DNA of 19,475 nucleotides from a virus (Duplodnaviria; Heunggongvirae; Uroviricota; Caudoviricetes): IMG/VR virus record IMGVR_UViG_2844449076_000008; one strand, 5' to 3'. Shown piece by piece: positions 18,002 to 19,475 of this stretch (position 1 is its first letter; each line of letters starts with the position of its first letter). The notes under the pieces were generated by a model. It saw only the letters and a program-made list of their open reading frames with translations, ran no database searches and was not told where the DNA came from. The position numbers and the translations under genes were made by a program.

Positions 18002-18505
18002 TTATTGATAGTGTTTTATGTTCAGATAATGCCCGATGACTTTGTCATGCAGCTCCACCGATTTTGAGAACGACAGCGACTTCCGTCCCAGCCGTGCCAG
18101 GTGCTGCCTCAGATTCAGGTTATGCCGCTCAATTCGCTGCGTATATCGCTTGCTGATTACGTGCAGCTTTCCCTTCAGGCGGGATTCATACAGCGGCCAG
18201 CCATCCGTCATCCATATCACCACGTCAAAGGGTGACAGCAGGCTCATAAGACGCCCCAGCGTCGCCATAGTGCGTTCACCGAATACGTGCGCAACAACCG
18301 TCTTCCGGAGACTGTCATACGCGTAAAACAGCCAGCGCTGGCGCGATTTAGCCCCGACATAGCCCCACTGTTCGTCCATTTCCGCGCAGACGATGACGTC
18401 ACTGCCCGGCTGTATGCGCGAGGTTACCGACTGCGGCCTGAGTTTTTTAAGTGACGTAAAATCGTGTTGAGGCCAACGCCCATAATGCGTGCAGTTGCCC
18501 GGCAT
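18002..18505 (-). CDS. insB: IS1 InsB reading frame
   Basis: Identical to copy A InsB. Confidence 0.9.
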
Positions 18506-18699
18506 CCAACGCCATTCATGGCCATATCAATGATTTTCTGGTGCGTACCGGGTTGAGAAGCGGTGTAAGTGAACTGCAGTTGCCATGTTTTACGGCAGTG
18601 AGAGCAGAGATAGCGCTGATGTCCGGCAGTGCTTTTGCCGTTACGCACCACCCCGTCAGTAGCTGAACAGGAGGGACAGCTGATAGAAACAGAAGCCAC
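18424..18699 (-). CDS. insA: IS1 InsA
   Basis: 91 aa, InsA with Q-L-Q variant. Confidence 0.9.
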
Positions 18700-18777
18700 T
18701 GGAGCACCTCAAAAACACCATCATACACTAAATCAGTAAGTTGGCAGCATCACCCCGATGTAGGTAATGACTCCAAC

Positions 18778-19281
18778 TTATTGATAGTGTTTTATGTTCA
18801 GATAATGCCCGATGACTTTGTCATGCAGCTCCACCGATTTTGAGAACGACAGCGACTTCCGTCCCAGCCGTGCCAGGTGCTGCCTCAGATTCAGGTTATG
18901 CCGCTCAATTCGCTGCGTATATCGCTTGCTGATTACGTGCAGCTTTCCCTTCAGGCGGGATTCATACAGCGGCCAGCCATCCGTCATCCATATCACCACG
19001 TCAAAGGGTGACAGCAGGCTCATAAGACGCCCCAGCGTCGCCATAGTGCGTTCACCGAATACGTGCGCAACAACCGTCTTCCGGAGACTGTCATACGCGT
19101 AAAACAGCCAGCGCTGGCGCGATTTAGCCCCGACATAGCCCCACTGTTCGTCCATTTCCGCGCAGACGATGACGTCACTGCCCGGCTGTATGCGCGAGGT
19201 TACCGACTGCGGCCTGAGTTTTTTAAGTGACGTAAAATCGTGTTGAGGCCAACGCCCATAATGCGTGCAGTTGCCCGGCAT
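18778..19281 (-). CDS. insB: IS1 InsB reading frame
   Basis: Identical to the InsB of copies A and B. Confidence 0.9.
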
Positions 19282-19475
19282 CCAACGCCATTCATGGCCA
19301 TATCAATGATTTTCTGGTGCGTACCGGGTTGAGAAGCGGTGTAAGTGAACTGCAGTTGCCATGTTTTACGGCAGTGAGAGCAGAGATAGCGCTGATGTCC
19401 GGCAGTGCTTTTGCCGTTACGCACCACCCCGTCAGTAGCTGAACAGGAGGGACAGCTGATAGAAACAGAAGCCAC
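19200..19475 (-). CDS. insA: IS1 InsA (ORF reaches the window edge)
   Basis: 91-aa InsA ORF ending at the last base of the window. Confidence 0.8.

Larger units (their letters stand above)
17987..18754 (-). mobile_element. IS1 copy B, complete, 768 bp
   Basis: Reverse complement of the IS1 ends (GGTAATGACTCCAACTTATTGATAG ... CAGTAAGTTGGCAGCATCACC); insB 18002-18505, insA 18424-18699. Confidence 0.9.
18763..19475 (-). mobile_element. IS1 copy C, partial (cut by window end), tandem to copy B
   Basis: Starts with GGTAATGACTCC at 18763, only 8 bp (CCGATGTA) after copy B; sequence seen is identical to copy B. Confidence 0.85.

Noticed and set aside
16789-19475. Repeated ~770-bp units as a possible CRISPR array or other array
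   Set aside because: The units are full IS1 elements with insA/insB and IS1 terminal repeats; there are no short direct repeats with unique spacers anywhere in the window.

Overview
Mosaic window, read almost entirely on the minus strand, with four parts. (1) bp 1-9651 plus 10916-11251 is a degraded lambdoid prophage: DnaB-like helicase (split by an IS), 85-aa ORF, RusA, Q antiterminator with a pR'/tR'-like unit, ORF6N antirepressor-like gene, a tightly packed 4-tRNA array, holin / SAR endolysin / Rz-Rz1, HNH endonuclease, candidate cos region, P27-type small terminase, large terminase, small membrane ORF and portal (head genes continue past bp 1). (2) An IS3-family element (IS600-like, 9652-10915) and IS2 (11252-12582) replace the prophage early region. 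(3) A chromosomal island remnant resembling the E. coli K-12 ypjA-pinH-ypjBC-ileY locus: 5' fragment of a ypjA-like autotransporter, a Pin-type invertase fragment, and an intact AT-rich 492-aa pentapeptide-repeat gene. (4) Three IS1 copies bracketing an ileY-like tRNA. The IS load suggests a Shigella-like or IS-rich E. coli genome. I found no CRISPR array and no recognisable multi-gene defence system. The least explained elements are the 492-aa AT-rich gene and the structured non-coding 680 bp between the tRNA array and the holin. All calls are from manual reading of the sequence and recalled family features; no database search was run.
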